Source: Lepidodermella squamata (lineage: Eukaryota; Animalia; Gastrotricha). Taken from it: a DNA stretch of 64,000 nt. The notes beneath the pieces were generated by a model. The model was given only the letters and a program-made list of their open reading frames with translations, did not search any database and was not told the origin of the DNA. A program made the position numbers and the translations under genes. Below are positions 47,001-62,075 of this stretch, one piece after another (position 1 is the first letter of the stretch; each line of letters begins with the position of its first letter). The DNA lies in contig JBLDXI010000055.1 of NCBI GenBank assembly GCA_047495785.1, positions 1,054,001 through 1,118,000 of the forward strand, read 5' to 3'.

Positions 47001-50000
47001 ACGGCGCGCCTAACGGGCTTATAAGAGATTCTTTACGAAAGAATGGCCGAGCTCGCATATGGCGTTGTGCTAGATCGCGCTTTACAGTTGAATTGCCGAT
47101 CAACACGTGGGCACATTTTAATAAGTGGCGTCTTTTGCTGGAGAAAAAGCGTATATTATTATAAGAGCGATGTCCCTACACATTCTCTTATGCTAGGCTA
47201 TATAGCCGCTGGTATAGTAGCGCGTTGTCGTCAAAGCCGAAAAATCAATGTTCTACTCATAGAGATTACTTAGGCGTCAGATCAGTAGTTTCGATCAGAG
47301 AATTAACAAGAATTAACAATTTATGGGATAGAAACATGCCGTTTTTAGCCATCAGATAAGGAAAATAATATCATTATTTTATGACTACATTGATCCGCTC
47401 ATAGATTCAGAGGGCTACATACCAGGGTCTCGGTTCTCGGTAACAAAACAATTTAGCGCGACCATATGGTATTGGGTTTTATCAAATGGGCAAATTCACC
47501 AGATATAACTGAAATCGCTCCAACTATTAGCTGTACATATTTTCAGCTTATTGATTTCGAGTCAGACACGCGGGGTTATTAGCCGTAATTTCCCAAAGGA
47601 AAATAAGGCATTTTAAAATATCCTAGAAGATTCGAACAAGTTATGATGCTACTTTTAGGGATTTCGACGAGAAATTTGTCAGTATCAAACCAAAGCTTCG
47701 ACTTGCTTTTGAAATACTTCGATTAAGATTCGGTTAGATTCGGCAAGGGTTTCAAGCCTTAGGACTAGTGATCAGACATCAAATATTAGCTTCTTTTAGT
47801 TGGAAACTCAACATTTTTATGTGAAGTCAAGGTATGGTAAATATTGTCCCAATTTAGTCAAATTATTCTGCATCATTATATGCGATAGAATTGTAAAGGG
47901 CTGCTACCATTGTTGTAGAATAGGAAAATGTGTTTCTGGCATCACGTACCTGGCGAGGAAGTAACCTGCGGCGATGGTTGTCGGGTATTGTCACTTATTG
48001 ACGATGCGGGCAATTGTTGTTGTTTGTTGCCAACTGGCTGTACTGCTGTCGAGCCACTTTCGCTAGCACTTGCTACCGGTAGTGAAGATCGCGGATGAGG
48101 TGATAAAATTATCTTCGGCACTGAAAATTTACAACAGCGCAATTATTATAATCCTCGATTATCCGGGTTTTTACAGAACGTGACGCAAATAAGAAGCCGG
48201 TTAATCACGCGTAAATACATCGTGTAACATGCTACTTACCGCACATGAAATAAACGTATAGCGCAAAATTGTCGGCACTTGGGCACTGCGCCGTCGCGTC
48301 CGCGTCCACGTTGCCTGTCGATTGGGCCGGCGTGTTTGACATAGCTTTGTTGGCCGGTTGAGCAGCGGCAAGTGAAGACCTGCCGTAGATGGTACCAAAC
48401 GTTGTTTCGTTGATGAACAGCTTGCAAGAACGCTTCCGTTCACATTGATTGCGTATCACCGTTTGCGTTTGAGGTGCGTAGCAGTAAACTTGAAAGAAAA
48501 AATTGTCAACTCTCATAAAATCGACTCAAGACTGGTAATTAACCATTTCGCTTAGCAGTGGAACACGTTTTATCGCCAGCGGGAGGCCTGAAGTCATAGA
48601 CTGCTGTCGTTATCACCAACCAATCTTGCTTTTCTGGGCATGTCAGTCGCATAACGTCATTTGTACAAAACCGAAGGTATTGCGGCAAATTTTTCACTGA
48701 AAAAAACATGCACAAATATATAACTCGTCACATTGATTTTCTTGGCCTTCAGTCATCAGGGAATGATAATGTTGGCGAGTTTCAGATACACAACGGGCGA
48801 AGCAAAAAAATGGCGCGCCCGATCGCTTTAGTTTCCGAAAAACTATAACCGCATCTAACCTTTTAAGACCCGCGGGACCTTTCGGAAAGATCAAGTTAAC
48901 TAGTCCGGAAACCAAAAATCAGCCCACCTCCCCGATACGTTTGCCAAGCATTGCGTTGTACCAATAAAATGATAGTGGTCCAGCAAAATGACCTCATACA
49001 TTTGAATCTATTTTGAATTCCTACGATTGCGATTAATTAATTAATTTCCCAGAATCCGCTGAAAAGCATAATTTTCAAGTATTGCATTAATCATTGTTCA
49101 TTATTGGCATCACAGAAACCTTTGCAGCCATACCCGAATCGGGCGACCCTAATGTTTCAAAATTTTCGGAAGCACTTGAGGATTACAGGCTACGCAGGTT
49201 TCAAACCTTGGTTGTGGACTGAAGCGGCCTGAAAACTGCAGGCTTTTTGCGGAAACTCGGACCGAATTTTCGGGCTTTTGAGCCGCCAAATGATAGCCTG
49301 GGCCTCATTATTATGTGCGTGTGTAATATAACCCAAGTCATCGAAGATGGACCATGTTGAAGGCGAAAGTCGTATCACTTGTGATTTTTCCATTCATTGG
49401 ATCAAAACTTCCTGCTCCATAAATTCTCAATTGCAGTCGCGGAACCAACCTGCGTTGTGTCCCCAACCACAATGAAGCCATGCATCTTGATCAACCACTT
49501 GATCAACTTTTGATCTTGACGGCCAGATAATTGTGATTAAATTGCTATGACTTGAGCATCGATATACCCTTATCGTGGTACTTCGGCTCTTTTGAAGTAT
49601 AGAGCAAAAACGTATTTAGGGCAAATGCCGAAAATGTAGATCTTTGGGTCACGGGCGGTCAACATATCGTGGGTCTCCATGGGTTGAGGGTCCATCATTT
49701 TGGCCCATTCAAATTTCTGGACACACATACACGGAGCATTTCTAGCTCAGTCAATCCTTTGGGGACCTGGGAAGATTTCAGCATCAGTGAAAGAGTATTT
49801 CTGGCCTGTAATTTGTTTTCCTCTCGCATTTTATGAGAGTCAATCGGTGAGGGCAGTACATTACGGTTTATAGGCGGGCTTAATTTCAATCTTTTTTGTC
49901 TCGGTGGGAACATTAAGTCATGTTAGTTTTGGCTTCATTGCAATTTGTTGTCTCACTTGGAACTTTCGCTCATGGTAATAGTTTTCAAATAAATTACTTT

Positions 50001-53000
50001 TAGGAGATGGATGACACTGGTAGGACGCGATGACGGTACACGGGCGTTGAACACTGCTCGTATAATCGAAGAGATCAGCAACGCGCACAGTACATGACGA
50101 CGTTGTTTTGCACCGGCTTCGAATTGTTTGAACATTGTTCTGAAACAGAAACAAAAATATCAACGGTTTTACAAAAGCGACAGTAATTTCTTTTAATTTT
50201 CAACTCTGCATCCACGCCGGAAATGCGGTCGTGTTTATCAGTCGGAAATTCGATTTCTCTGTATTAGCCAATAAATAAACCAACAACTAACAGCTGTTCG
50301 ATTGAATTCGGGCGCGTTCCAGCGTTCATTGATGAGTTATCGTTATGTCGCAATTTCCCGAATTGACGCCAATTTGTTAGAGGCGCGTTTGCGAATTAAC
50401 AAATTACCGGCAATAACTGTACATAATCAACACTGGACCAGGTTGGCGTCTATAGCGCCGCGCATCTAATTCGCCGCCATTCACTCAAATTATGCCAAGT
50501 CGCGAGATGGTGCTGATCGGCGAGCGGAACTAAAGATTCCGAAAGCAGACGCGCGCATGTGCAACTAATAAAAATTATGATATGCCAAGCTTATTTCACT
50601 GTTTCAATATTCCTCATCATTACCAGCGCTCTGTGGCGCCGACAGCGCCGGAAACGCGCAAGATGGTAAGGTCACGCAAGATCGACAAATAACGCTTGCA
50701 TATGTTAGGGAATTTTCAGGTCAAAGCGTGGAGTACGCGGTAAATAATTACCGGGAAGGTGTCAACGCCGAGGTGCTCATCGGAATTCATATCATTTCAT
50801 TCCGTATGGAAGCACTCTTATCGCCGTGGAATTTGCATTTTCTAGCAGACGGACGCTACCGGTTTTGCACCGTGTGTCGTGTTTTTTATTTGAGCTGCAA
50901 CAATTTTCGGAAAGTATTCGGGGTAAACAAAATATTCCCAGCAGTGGCAGCGACGATGATTGATGATTGAGTATTAATTTCCTCATTTTTGCATTTAAAC
51001 AAATATTGTCACCGATATACTATATGTTATATATAAATATAACAAGGGCCGCTATATTTGTCAACTCGGTTTTTCCGGCTGCTTTTCATCCGCATTACAA
51101 CGACAAGCCACGTCAAAACAACAAATCGAATTTGGCGATAAGTGACACAAGTCTGGTATATTGTTTACACCGGCTTTGTCGCTAGTACTCATGTGAAGGC
51201 GAATTTGCAGCGGGTGGGTTTGGCTAAAAAGGCACAATCTAGGAAAACAACTTCACCTGTGCGATCGATGTGCGCAAGCTGAGAGGTGCGCGAATGAAAG
51301 TGAATTCGTGATGAGGTGAGCGCGTGCGCAGAAAATGAGCCGGTAGCGCGTCGCTCGCGCGCCAGCCGACGGTTCAGCAGCCCGCCCGCGGCTATTTATT
51401 CTCGCTAGCAATATCGAACATTTATGAGCTGTTTAAAACCCGCCGTCGTCGCCCCTTAATAGAGGTGTCGCCGGCTCTGGCGATTAACAGATACTAATAT
51501 TTGAGTGATAGCAAAGTCTCGGTGAGATGCAACGTTTGCGAGGTGAGATTACCGCCTGCAGAGCAAAGTTGTTGCTGCCTCAATTATTTATTGCGCTAGT
51601 CGGATTGAAAGTTCATTCAAATATGCCCAACCTTCTTTGATGATTCAATCCCTCGATTTTTGGACGCGGAAAAAGAATCAGAGCGCCCGGCTGAAATAAG
51701 AATGTGACACCTATGGCGGGCCAAAAATATATTGCGCGAGGAAATGAAGCGCGAGCTGACATACAAATTGCTACAACTGGCTCAGCATCACGTTTTGTCG
51801 CGCTGTCAAGTGCCGCAGACGCGAACCAAGTCGCTCATATCAACCGCGAAATTCTGGTCTATATTAAACTGCGCGCAGGCGAGCGGCAGAAGTGGTGCAG
51901 TCTTGATAATTTAATTGCTGCCTTATTCGCCCTGATTAATGGCAGCTAGAATCACTATGTCTGCATTGTTTCATATTTAACAAATTTGGCACGAAAAGTG
52001 TTAAAAACAGCGTCATTTTCGACATCTGTTTTGGGAACGGTTTTATGATATCGTTAAAATAGTCACAAAATGAAACGCGACAAGAATAAAACAATATAAA
52101 CGTCTGTATATGTGAAGAAATACACCTGAAAAATTCTTACCTTGAAATATTGACAAGAAAGATCGATTGGCGAGCTGGTAGAATGAAGCAGTCCGGAGGG
52201 CGATGACGAAGGAACAACACATGCGCTCGGATCTCGGACAGCTTCATCGTTATTAGGCAGCGGATACAAAGATAGCAGAAAAACGGTCGAATCAGCGTTT
52301 GGACAAGTTAAAGTTAACACATCGTTCGAGCAGGCAGTAAATTCTCGATACACAGAAACGTCATCGAGAGCTGAAAAATGACAAAAATGCATGAAATATA
52401 GGTATTTACAAATGTTGTTGTAGAAGGGTCGCAACAAATCAAAGAAAATCCCAACAATTCGCTAATCAGTTAAATTTTTGAAATGCATTTTACCCAAACT
52501 TCCCAAACTCTACATCCCGGATCAGTTACGAAAACTTTTTGAAATTTGAAACATGATCTATAGAGAGTTAAGCCTTTAAGACCATTCGCTTTGATATTGA
52601 GAAATTTAGGGAAAATATTGAAAATTAGGAACTTACAGGTGCGTAAGAATGAAGCAGCTCTACTGCGTAAGAAAGGATTAACTTTCTCGAAAGGATGCTG
52701 ATGCTGATGTTGATAGCTGTAATGCCGATAAAACGAATTTAAGCCGCGAGAATCGTTGTTGCTTCCCGAATCGTAGTAGGTGTTGTACGAGTAAGCGGCG
52801 TAAGCCGGCGACGCATCGGCATCGTCAGCCGTCATAACGATGACTTGGCAGAGGAAAAATGCAGCGCTTTGAACTAAAAACAGTTTGAAAGCTATTTGTT
52901 GAGCCGTTGTTGCGATTGTCCGACAGGGTTGTGATCTGTGTTTTTTCGCCGAGCCATCACTCGCGAAGTGTCGATTTGACGCGGCCCCGGCGTTAGCAAC

Positions 53001-53036
53001 TGCCGAGCTAATGAAAGCTAGACCGCGTCTAACCAT
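44014..53036 (-). CDS. EVA1C: EVA1C/eva-1-like receptor: two SUEL (rhamnose/galactose-binding) lectin domains, TM, Q-rich tail
   Basis: Lectin exons AC.NDVLTLTCP, IRSRCKTTSSC.V, FCTNDVMRLTCP and IRNQCERKRSC. The juxtamembrane/TM segment SDWLFALDYIQ|GNP...GVCVGLLLGAAVLLIRLSC matches the EVA1 domain. Introns reach ~2.7 kb. Confidence 0.82.
44434..44510 (-). repeat. CAA/CAG poly-glutamine tract in the EVA1C cytoplasmic tail
   Basis: Encodes QQDPQQQPTQQQQPTQQQQQQQQQ. Confidence 0.85.
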
Positions 53037-56000
53037 GGTCCATGAGTCGGCGATCTAATAAATTCATGACAGCCATAACGACACCTTGAACTGCATGTTT
53101 ACGTCGCGTGACCAACAGTAGCTGCAGCCCAGTTATAGCCGAAAAATCGCATATAAAAAGAAAAACGACTCGATATATCGGCGTGATCCAATGGAGGCCG
53201 ACGACAGCAGGTAAATTTTAATTATTCAAAGCTCAACATTGAAGACTATCACAGGAGAATAATAAATTTTTGATGCTATTAAACCTCCTATATCAGTTGC
53301 TAGTATAAAAGAAAAAATCATTGCATTATTTTATAAAAATGTTGGCAAATCGAAGTTTTATATGGGTGCCTGAAACTGGTGACCGTAATTTTACGACCTT
53401 ACCCTCAAGCAAGTATTTGACACCTTTGTTCATGCGCGAGGACAAATCTAAGAAGATGGCACACTTTTATTAGCTTCCGGGGTCCACGATACAATGATGT
53501 AAATCTCGAGTGCGCGATAAAAGCGCGAAATGTTAAACTGGCACCGGTTCCGTGTTGCAGTACATGGAAAGTCTTTACGCAAAGCGTGCGCCATAGGTGC
53601 GGTATATTAAAGATAATATGCAATTCTGGAGAGCCACGTGCGTTTAGAGTAACAACTAGACGCGCAACAAAATGTTTCTCGTGTAGCATTGATATCATAT
53701 ACTCCGATGTTATTGTTGCCAAAAGAAGAAACACAGAAAATTAAGCGCAAAAAGGCAGCGAAGACGATGCTAATGATGAGAAAGGACCCGCAGGATATTT
53801 TCACGCTTCTCTATCTCTCGCATATTATCGCGTAAAATACATTATTCATTTGTACACAAATCTTACTGATAATGCAATAATAATAATGGAGGTAAATTCA
53901 CAGATCCACGATGAGCGCGTGTGTACAAAGTCTCAACTGTAATAACATGAATTAATATTGTAAGAGATCGACTTCTTAGAGTTATTTTCGTACATTTTAC
54001 TACTAACCAAGATATAATGTGGAGCTTTGATAATGTGTTTCATCTTAGCGGCCGAATTTCAGTTTTCGCATGCATTTTTAGATTGTTGGTGCACTTAACA
54101 TGATTACCTGAAGAGGGTGGAGAGCATACTAAACCTCAGGATCCCGGATATTGTAGTATGTGTATGAAGAGGAGCTCTCAAATTCGGCTCAGGCTTTATG
54201 ACGAGAGGTTTATAGATTAAAGCCGTCTGCTTGTAGCCTTTCCTCGCTTCTGAAGACATCAGCGAGAGACGTGGGAGGGTCAGCCGAGGCAAATTGTGGT
54301 ATTAATCAGAGGACTGCATTAGCAAAAACACCGAGCAATGCTATATGGCCATTATATGTTATCATTAGCGGCAAGTATCAGATACGAAGACGAAGATGCG
54401 GTGAACTTTACTATCAGTTTATCTGACGCATCAGAGGCGTGGAAAGAATTTGGGCGAACAGGTAGCAGTGTTTCCGGGCTACGTGCGCAAAATCTTACCA
54501 GACGGCGCTCAATTATAGCGATCATAAATCGCAACATTTGGCCATCGGTCACGCGCCATTATTTGCCGAGAGGAAGAGCATTCCAAGTCGTAGCGCTTAT
54601 GTTGCGAATGCAAGTTGATGGGCGAAATGGTGACAATACTATACCGAAACCTAGTACAGTAATTTGCCGGTGTGGGAAAAACATGTGGGCAGCATGCAAA
54701 AAATTATCCCGAATAGCCGACCATCAATCTCAATCATATTATTTTCGGACAATTGAGTTATCGCATGGCTAAATTATGGCGACCACTTATGCGCCGTGGA
54801 CACAAGTGATCCGCACGAATAAAAAGTCCTAAAAATATTATTATGGTAATGATTTTATCACTCTGAGTGGATGAGTTCGTTGCCGATATGTCTCACTGCC
54901 GCGTGGTTGTTTTGAATTCAAGATAACCAGTGATCGCTAGGAGAGATGATAACGAAATCGTGAGAAAAGAAGAAGACGAGCATGCTAATGTTGTTTTACT
55001 GCTTTTTTATAAGATTATGTAATGAGGTAATGCATTTATATTGAAAGTTGCGCGGAACTTAATGGCGTTATAATACCTCTACTCTATTACGCCTTATAAA
55101 CAAGACTGAAGAACAAGTTGTTTCTTTTTTGGCGCGCCGCGCTGTCGCCGCCGACATGGCATAATCGCAATCGCCAATCGCGCGGAACTGCGAAGACTTG
55201 TATAATGAAGAACACCGATATTATTATATCGTTCGACATCTTATTATAATATTACTTTTGTCGTTTTGGCGATGTTTATTGCCGGCAGCAGCTGACAGGC
55301 GAGCAAAATTCGCGTAATCTTATTCACAATTTACTGCAATTGTACATATATATTTATTAATATAAAACACAGCAAATAATAACAATAACAACAACATGAT
55401 CGAACAATATAATTTGCCTACGGCGGTGTGTGCCTTAGACTCTGCGCCTGTTTTGCTATTAAAATACTGCGTGGACCGCGCCACTGACGCCTCTCGCTCT
55501 CTCGCTGCATCCAAAATAAACTGCAGCCATTTCGAGCAAGTGAAAAGCGCATATTCATGAGCCACGCGCTTGCCGTAAATTACAGACCAGGAAGACGTCG
55601 CGTAGATGGTTGGCACGTGGCTTTGCGACTTGAGGCAAAATTACTTACCACTTATATAGCAAGGTATAGTCGGCTAAAAAACACTTATTTCGCACCTGTA
55701 TGAAGTTGATTATCGAAAATACAGTCAACAATGGGCTGTATTTTGCTGTTATAAATGCGCCAATACTGATGAACCTCAATATTTCGTACCCTATTTAATG
55801 CGAGCGATACTGGCCAAGACAAAATTTACGAGGATTCATAAAGTTTCAATATCAAGTTGACAAACATTTTCAGCAAGAGTGCGCAAATGCTAAACATTGA
55901 TTTTTTCGAATTTATATTACTACAAGAATGTGATTATTGTACAGAGTATTTATGCTACTTTATTTGTCAAATAGCTGCTTTATTGGGGATATATAACTCA

Positions 56001-58135
56001 GACGCACAATGATGGGCGTATATTCTAAGCGCAGTCTGTTATCTTGCACCACACAGCTGGCTGCTTGCGTGGATTTGGGCTGTAGGAAACATTTGTGCCG
56101 TAAAATATTCGCGGCCGCTGTCCGAAAAACGCAAGTATTGAATGAGTCTACTCTCTGCTTCTAATTTCATGCACAATCTTTACCGCTTATTTTCTCGAGA
56201 AAAAATATTTCGAAGGTGAGCGATAAACGCAAGAATAATCTCAAACTAATTTGGCAAATATTTGCAGTGCAGTGCTCTCATCTTATCGCAGAAAGTGCGG
56301 AAAAATCCACGATAAGATGACCGTGAAAATAATATACCTAGCTAGCTTTTCGTTTCAGACTTGATCCAATGGCGGAGAGTCATTGTGTCAGTATCTGAAG
56401 CAATCTAGCTTACCCAAGCAGAAAGTGCTGGCTGAGGCAGAATGAATGCACAAAAGGCCACAGGCCATATTGACTAACATTTCGAGAAAATTCATGGAAT
56501 GAAACGAGGTTCAGCTACCAGCTAACATTCGATTGGCGAGCAGCTATCAGCAAACCCATCATATTCGAATTTCACGTCGCATATTCATGCGATTAGTCGC
56601 TACTCCATGCGTGACAATCAATATTCTCCAAGGTAAAGAGCAATAATCGCAATGATTGTGTGGACTACACCAAAATTACCAAAATGTAAAATATTGGCTA
56701 AAAAGAGCTTTTGCGTTCATTAGTTTGAATTGCGGTCTCTATATTGTGCGGCCTCTCCATGAAAAGTGGATATGCGCTATGGTTTATTAGGTTCCCCTCT
56801 TCCCACAGCCCAGAGACCAGTCAAGAGTCATGTCAAGTTCGATCTCCTCCTTTATACAAATTGTGTTGGCTGCGATTGTGCAGGATCCCGTTTTCCCCTT
56901 TTGGCAGGAGGTGACGTGAGGGAGTGAGGCGTGCCTGCATCTAAGAGGAGCTCGAAGTCGTTTCGCCGCTTAAGTCCGCTAGTTAAACAGCATCGGTAGC
57001 AAGATCCATGGTCTGCATGTGGTGGTTGATTACCAAAAATTACTATCCCAATAACCGAATTCATGCTCGGAAGCAAACTGCAGAAAAAATGCCAACCCAT
57101 GCCAACCGAAACGATCATTTTGCATGATGAAACCGTGGTAAAATTGTACCAATTTTTGCAAGCTGCTCACTAATCCTATATTGTCTAGATTTAATTTTAG
57201 AATGTGTAAAAAAATGAATGAACATTTGTTGAAGACGCCCCACGAAACTGGAACCCCGAGAATTCGACCATTTTAGCAGATTTTGATGCGGCAAATTAAA
57301 ACAATTAATGGGCATATTTTATTATTAAATTACTCATCATAATAAAAGAGCAATTTAAATATTTTTTATGATAAACAACTGTGAAAAGTAAATTATCGCA
57401 AAAATATTGGAAGGGACGTGCGAGACGACGAGAGAGAGCCGAGACGAGAAGCCCGACGAGAAGACACGAAGTATGCTGGAGTTTGGTGGTTGGTGGTTGG
57501 TGGCTGGTTTTTTGTTTCTTTCGACGTTCGACGAAACAAAGAATGCCGCCTCAGTAGGCTCACTGTTGCGCATTTGCAAGCCGTTAGGCTGTTGCGCAAA
57601 TCTCCAACTTGAGCCTAATACGCGAAATCATTAACAGTTTCCTCACGCAGTAACGACTGGCATGTCATCGGGTTTCATTTTGATGTAGGGTTTTACTTGC
57701 TTGTTGTAGTAGTTCTGTACTATGCCCATCATTATGGGAATCGGCGTATCGAAAATTTGGCGAAAAACTAGCCACAGAAGCCCATCCCTTGCACGATTGC
57801 CTCCTGAGAACCTGTATTCGTGAATTCTTATTGAAAGGTCCGATATGCACAACCGTTGCCTCTGGGTTCGAGCTTCCCCAAATGTTATCTCCTATTTCCT
57901 ATATCGAAATCAAATTGCAATTTGCAGTTTGCTGTAGTGCACTGAATTGATAAGTAATACCTAATACATCCAACATCTTGAGTCCCAGTTGTTGGATGAA
58001 TGCTTGAGGCTTGATTGGCACTAGCTGCATCAGCGATAATGCCCTATTAACTTATCGATTTATTTTTGTTTAGATGTCTTAAATGTAGCTTGCTATCGAC
58101 TATCGATAATAAACTCGATTCACGGCGCTTCTCAA

Positions 58136-61001
58136 ATGACTGAGTCTTCATCAGATAAGAGCGATGCCTTGCTCATTGTTCGAAAGCTTGAACTTGAGGC
58201 TTACAGTAGTTTAATTACTGCTCTCAGAGCGCATGGTGATTTAACCGAACGAGGGAAAGCCTTGATTGATGAGCTGCGAGATATGTTTGGGTAATTTATA
58301 TTTCTTTGGATTCTCTGATTTTTCAAGATATTCACAATATAGCGTTTCTGAGGAACGCCACAAAGCAGAAATGCGGAGAGCGGCCTACGACGAGGATTTA
58401 GATGCAATAGCTAGAAGGTTTGCTAATTATTTGGTTGATCTCTCAACTGATGATTGAATTTTTGACTGTATCCATAGAGCCAATGGATGTGTCACTCGTG
58501 AAAATTGGCTTCTTGAAGGAAAAAGAATAATGCCACCGATACCTCGAGTAGATCCGGAGACTGCTTACACTCGTTTAGCGAACCAAGCCTCCAAAAAGCA
58601 TGTGAAAGCAGAAATGGCCAAGTTTTTCGAAGCTAAAGACCTTTTGGAGCGTGCTATTAGAAAGCAGGAAGATGTTAAAACATCATTGATGGAATCTGAT
58701 CGTTTGGATACGAAACGTCGCTTGGCGGAATTGGCTCCTCTTCCAGATTTACCTTCCACGTCTTCTGTGGTTGCTGACGAACCTAAAACGATAAAGGCTC
58801 TTAGTAGTAATACTCATCGCAAGCGGGTTCGCGTGTGCTCTCCTCAACCCTCTCCTGGAGTCGAAGCGGACCTTGCTGCAGCCAATGCAGCAGCAGAAAC
58901 TGCTGCACATGTCAAGGTTAAAAAAGGCAAAGAACCCAAGGAACCTGGAGCTAAGAAGCAGCGTCTTCGGCTGTCGCCCTCTGGTAATAGCAGTGTGCAA
59001 GAAAACGTTCCTGCCGATGAGCCTGGAGGCTCTTTGCCTCCCTCTTCACTAGCCGTGACCTCGCCTGTGAAAGCAGTGCCTGAGGCGATCGATTCCATTT
59101 CACCACTTGCTACCCCGGGTCAATTAGTTCGGAATATTGATCTGTTCGCCAATCAGCACGATCATGCTCACAATTCAATTGGAGAGTTAGCCTCCTCGAA
59201 TGATAGGTTGCATAAATCCCCGGCAAAGTCGCCGCCGAAAGCTGTGAAGGAGAAGAAGCCTAAACAGGCGAAAAAAGTTATTAAACCTAACATCGCTCCG
59301 ATTGCGACCTTTGGTCCTTTAAAAGCGGACTTGGCGAGTGAAAACACTACACAGGCGACACAAAATATCTCGAGTCCTCAAGCATTCGCTACTTCTCCAT
59401 CTATCGGCCTTTCAGGCGTCAGTGCCCAGCCTCGAACTTCGCATCATAATACCCTCATTCAACAGCAAGCAGCTGCGGTTGCAGCAGCCGCCGCTGCTCA
59501 ATCTAATAATCACCATCCTCCTCTCCAGCAAACAAATTCTCATAGCCAAGTTGCACAACAACACGCATCTGCTATTGCTGTCTCTTCATCTCATGGCCAA
59601 ATTGTTGTTTCCTCTCCATCTACTCAGGTGAGCATATTAGACTTAAATTTCTCAGGTTTTTACATTTATTTTGTGCTATTTCAGGGTAATCTCGTACAGG
59701 CTTCGCCTGGTAAAGTTGCTCAAACATCGTATCACAATTATGCCCCGCCCCTGGCTCCGCTATCAATAAACCCCATGCGTTTGGTCGGGAGAGCGGGGCC
59801 TGGTGTGGCAATATCCACGGCAGCGGCATCACCCCCCACAATTTCGGTGAACACCCTAAGGCCTCATGATCCATCTTCGGCTCCTCTCATCAGACTGACC
59901 CCATCAAATGCACAAACATCTTCAGGGCAGAAACCGCCCCTGATTCTAGCGACATCCGGAGCTCGTCCGACCGCAATCTTGACCCCGGCAGCTCCAGGTG
60001 TGGCTGGTGTATTGACAATCAGGTCTCAGCGGCCCACGCTGACACCTGTTGCATCAACGCCCGGATCAACCGGTGTTCGACCGTCATTAGTGATTCATCA
60101 AAACGCGCCTTCCTCTACAAGCGGGCAACCCTCGGTTGTAATGCGAAGAGTAGGTCCTGCTGGCACTGTTTTGACGTCACCCGGCATGTCGTCGACCAAT
60201 ATCCCTACCGTAAACTCAACTATCCCGACTACGGCCATAGCCCCACCTCTGCCTAGTTCGATTGCTAATCGGCATCTTGTAATCTCGTCGAATTCTGGTG
60301 CTAACGGCAGCGTACTTGTTTTCAATAAGCAGCAAATACAACATTCGCAACAAAATCACCAGCCGTCTGGTAGACCTACGATTCTAACCGTTCCCACGCC
60401 GCCTCCGCCTGTGTTACCGGTGCATAATTCGCATTCACAGCAACAAACTGCTAATCTTCAAAGCGTAAAATCCAACTCGGTTGGAAATTACTCTTATGCT
60501 TCTCATTTCCAGGTAAGGCATAAATTCAGCTCTCATATATGACGTGACATTTTTCTTTTCTTCAAGGCCACCAAGCCATCGAGCGATTTGTTCAACGCTG
60601 AATGTGAGTTGTCCTCTCCGCCAGCAGTAGGTGCCGAATCAGTTGTGGAAACTAGTCACGAGATGATGGCTAACGGTGGCAATAACAGCTTCGACGGCGC
60701 TGTGAACAACAATGCCGGACTGGATCTGTTGCAGCAAGCCGCCGAGGCCATCGGCGACTCGCCGACCGACCATAACGCTGTTGAGTTGGGGAGTTACATG
60801 GTTGACAAAGATCTCGCTGTCCACGGTTTAGGACACTTTGAAGACGTGGCCGCGGGAGGTCCTAACGCTTATCACGCGACGAGCGCCAACATGCCTGGAA
60901 CTACATCGAATGACTCTGAGTTATATAACGAAGATCTAATGATGGCGATTATGAATAGTAGCACCTCAAATGGCCAGCATCGGCAAAGTCAGACCTCATA
61001 G
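58136..61001 (+). CDS. EMSY: EMSY-like transcriptional repressor (N-terminal ENT domain, long low-complexity region)
   Basis: VRKLELEAYSSLITALRAHGDLT...LIDEL.., SEERHKAEMRRA..DEDL..IA and W..EGKRIMP.IPR..PETAYT.LA form the ENT domain. Confidence 0.88.
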
Positions 61002-62075
61002 GTACAGACTTGGTGACATTTGTTTAGATTAACTTGGATTAGCATGCATTATTTTCAATAGGTTGATGATCCTGAACAAATGGCTTTCTTTGTATTGAAC
61101 TCATCATGTCATCGATCAGATTGCAGATGAACCTACTTTTATATGTATGTCTATATCAATATATTTCGACGGGAGTTCACAAATAAACCTCTCGTTGCCA
61201 GTCAGCGAATAATTTTTCTTCCGCGTTTCTGTATCTTTCGTGTCCAGAGCAATTTTATTTGCTTTTTTGTTTCGATATGTTGGCGCGGCGTTCCTTCGCA
61301 CTTTTTGCCGTCCGTATGATCTTTCTTTTCATGTTCGTAACAGTAAAGTAAGACGCACGTATCAACATTCCGCATTGTCGCAGCAAAACCGAACTTGTAA
61401 GTCGTTTCGAGAGGCATTTTACCAGAGCGAATAAGGGTTGGCTAAATTCGAGTTACTTTGCATGTTTCCGATTCTAAACTTTGAACTCGCTACTTTTTCA
61501 CATTCAGTTCTTTCTAAAATACAATTGTATGTAAAAGAAAATTGACATGATAGATAAACGAAAAGATGTTATATTGAAATTATATCTAATTTTGTTTCCA
61601 ACTTTGCTATAATCAAGTGTCACATCAGATTATCGGAGGCGCGTAAAACTGGTGTGATTGATTAGCTTTTTGTATATACCCGTATTTTCGAAGACCAGAT
61701 TGCTACTAATAATGCTGAGAAAATCGATATTGTGGTTACTAATCTTATTAACTGGCACTCTGCTGTCTTATTACTTCGTTCGCTTTTCCCAAGCGTCGAC
61801 GGTCAACAGCAAACAAAACAAAACAGAGACGATGAGCAATTCTTGTATTAATGTCGAAATCAGAATTAAAACTTCTTGTGTTTTCTTTTTCGTTCATTTG
61901 CTATTTTAAACTGATTTGATGATGATGGTAATGATAATAATGATCGTACATCTATACTGCTCGAGTGATTATTATTAGTCCGAAATGTGCGAATAAAAAT
62001 TCGCAAAACCACATGAAACATCAGACTGATTTTTCCTGTCTTTTAGGGAATGATTAAAGTATAACCTGAACAGTT

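Noticed and set aside
49100-49915. Short ORFs inside an EVA1C intron
   Set aside because: Fragmented, with no domain signature or terminal repeats identified.
53400-57300. Many 60-140-aa ORFs upstream of EVA1C
   Set aside because: Composition is intergenic-like, many have non-ATG starts, and there is no splice-consistent gene model.
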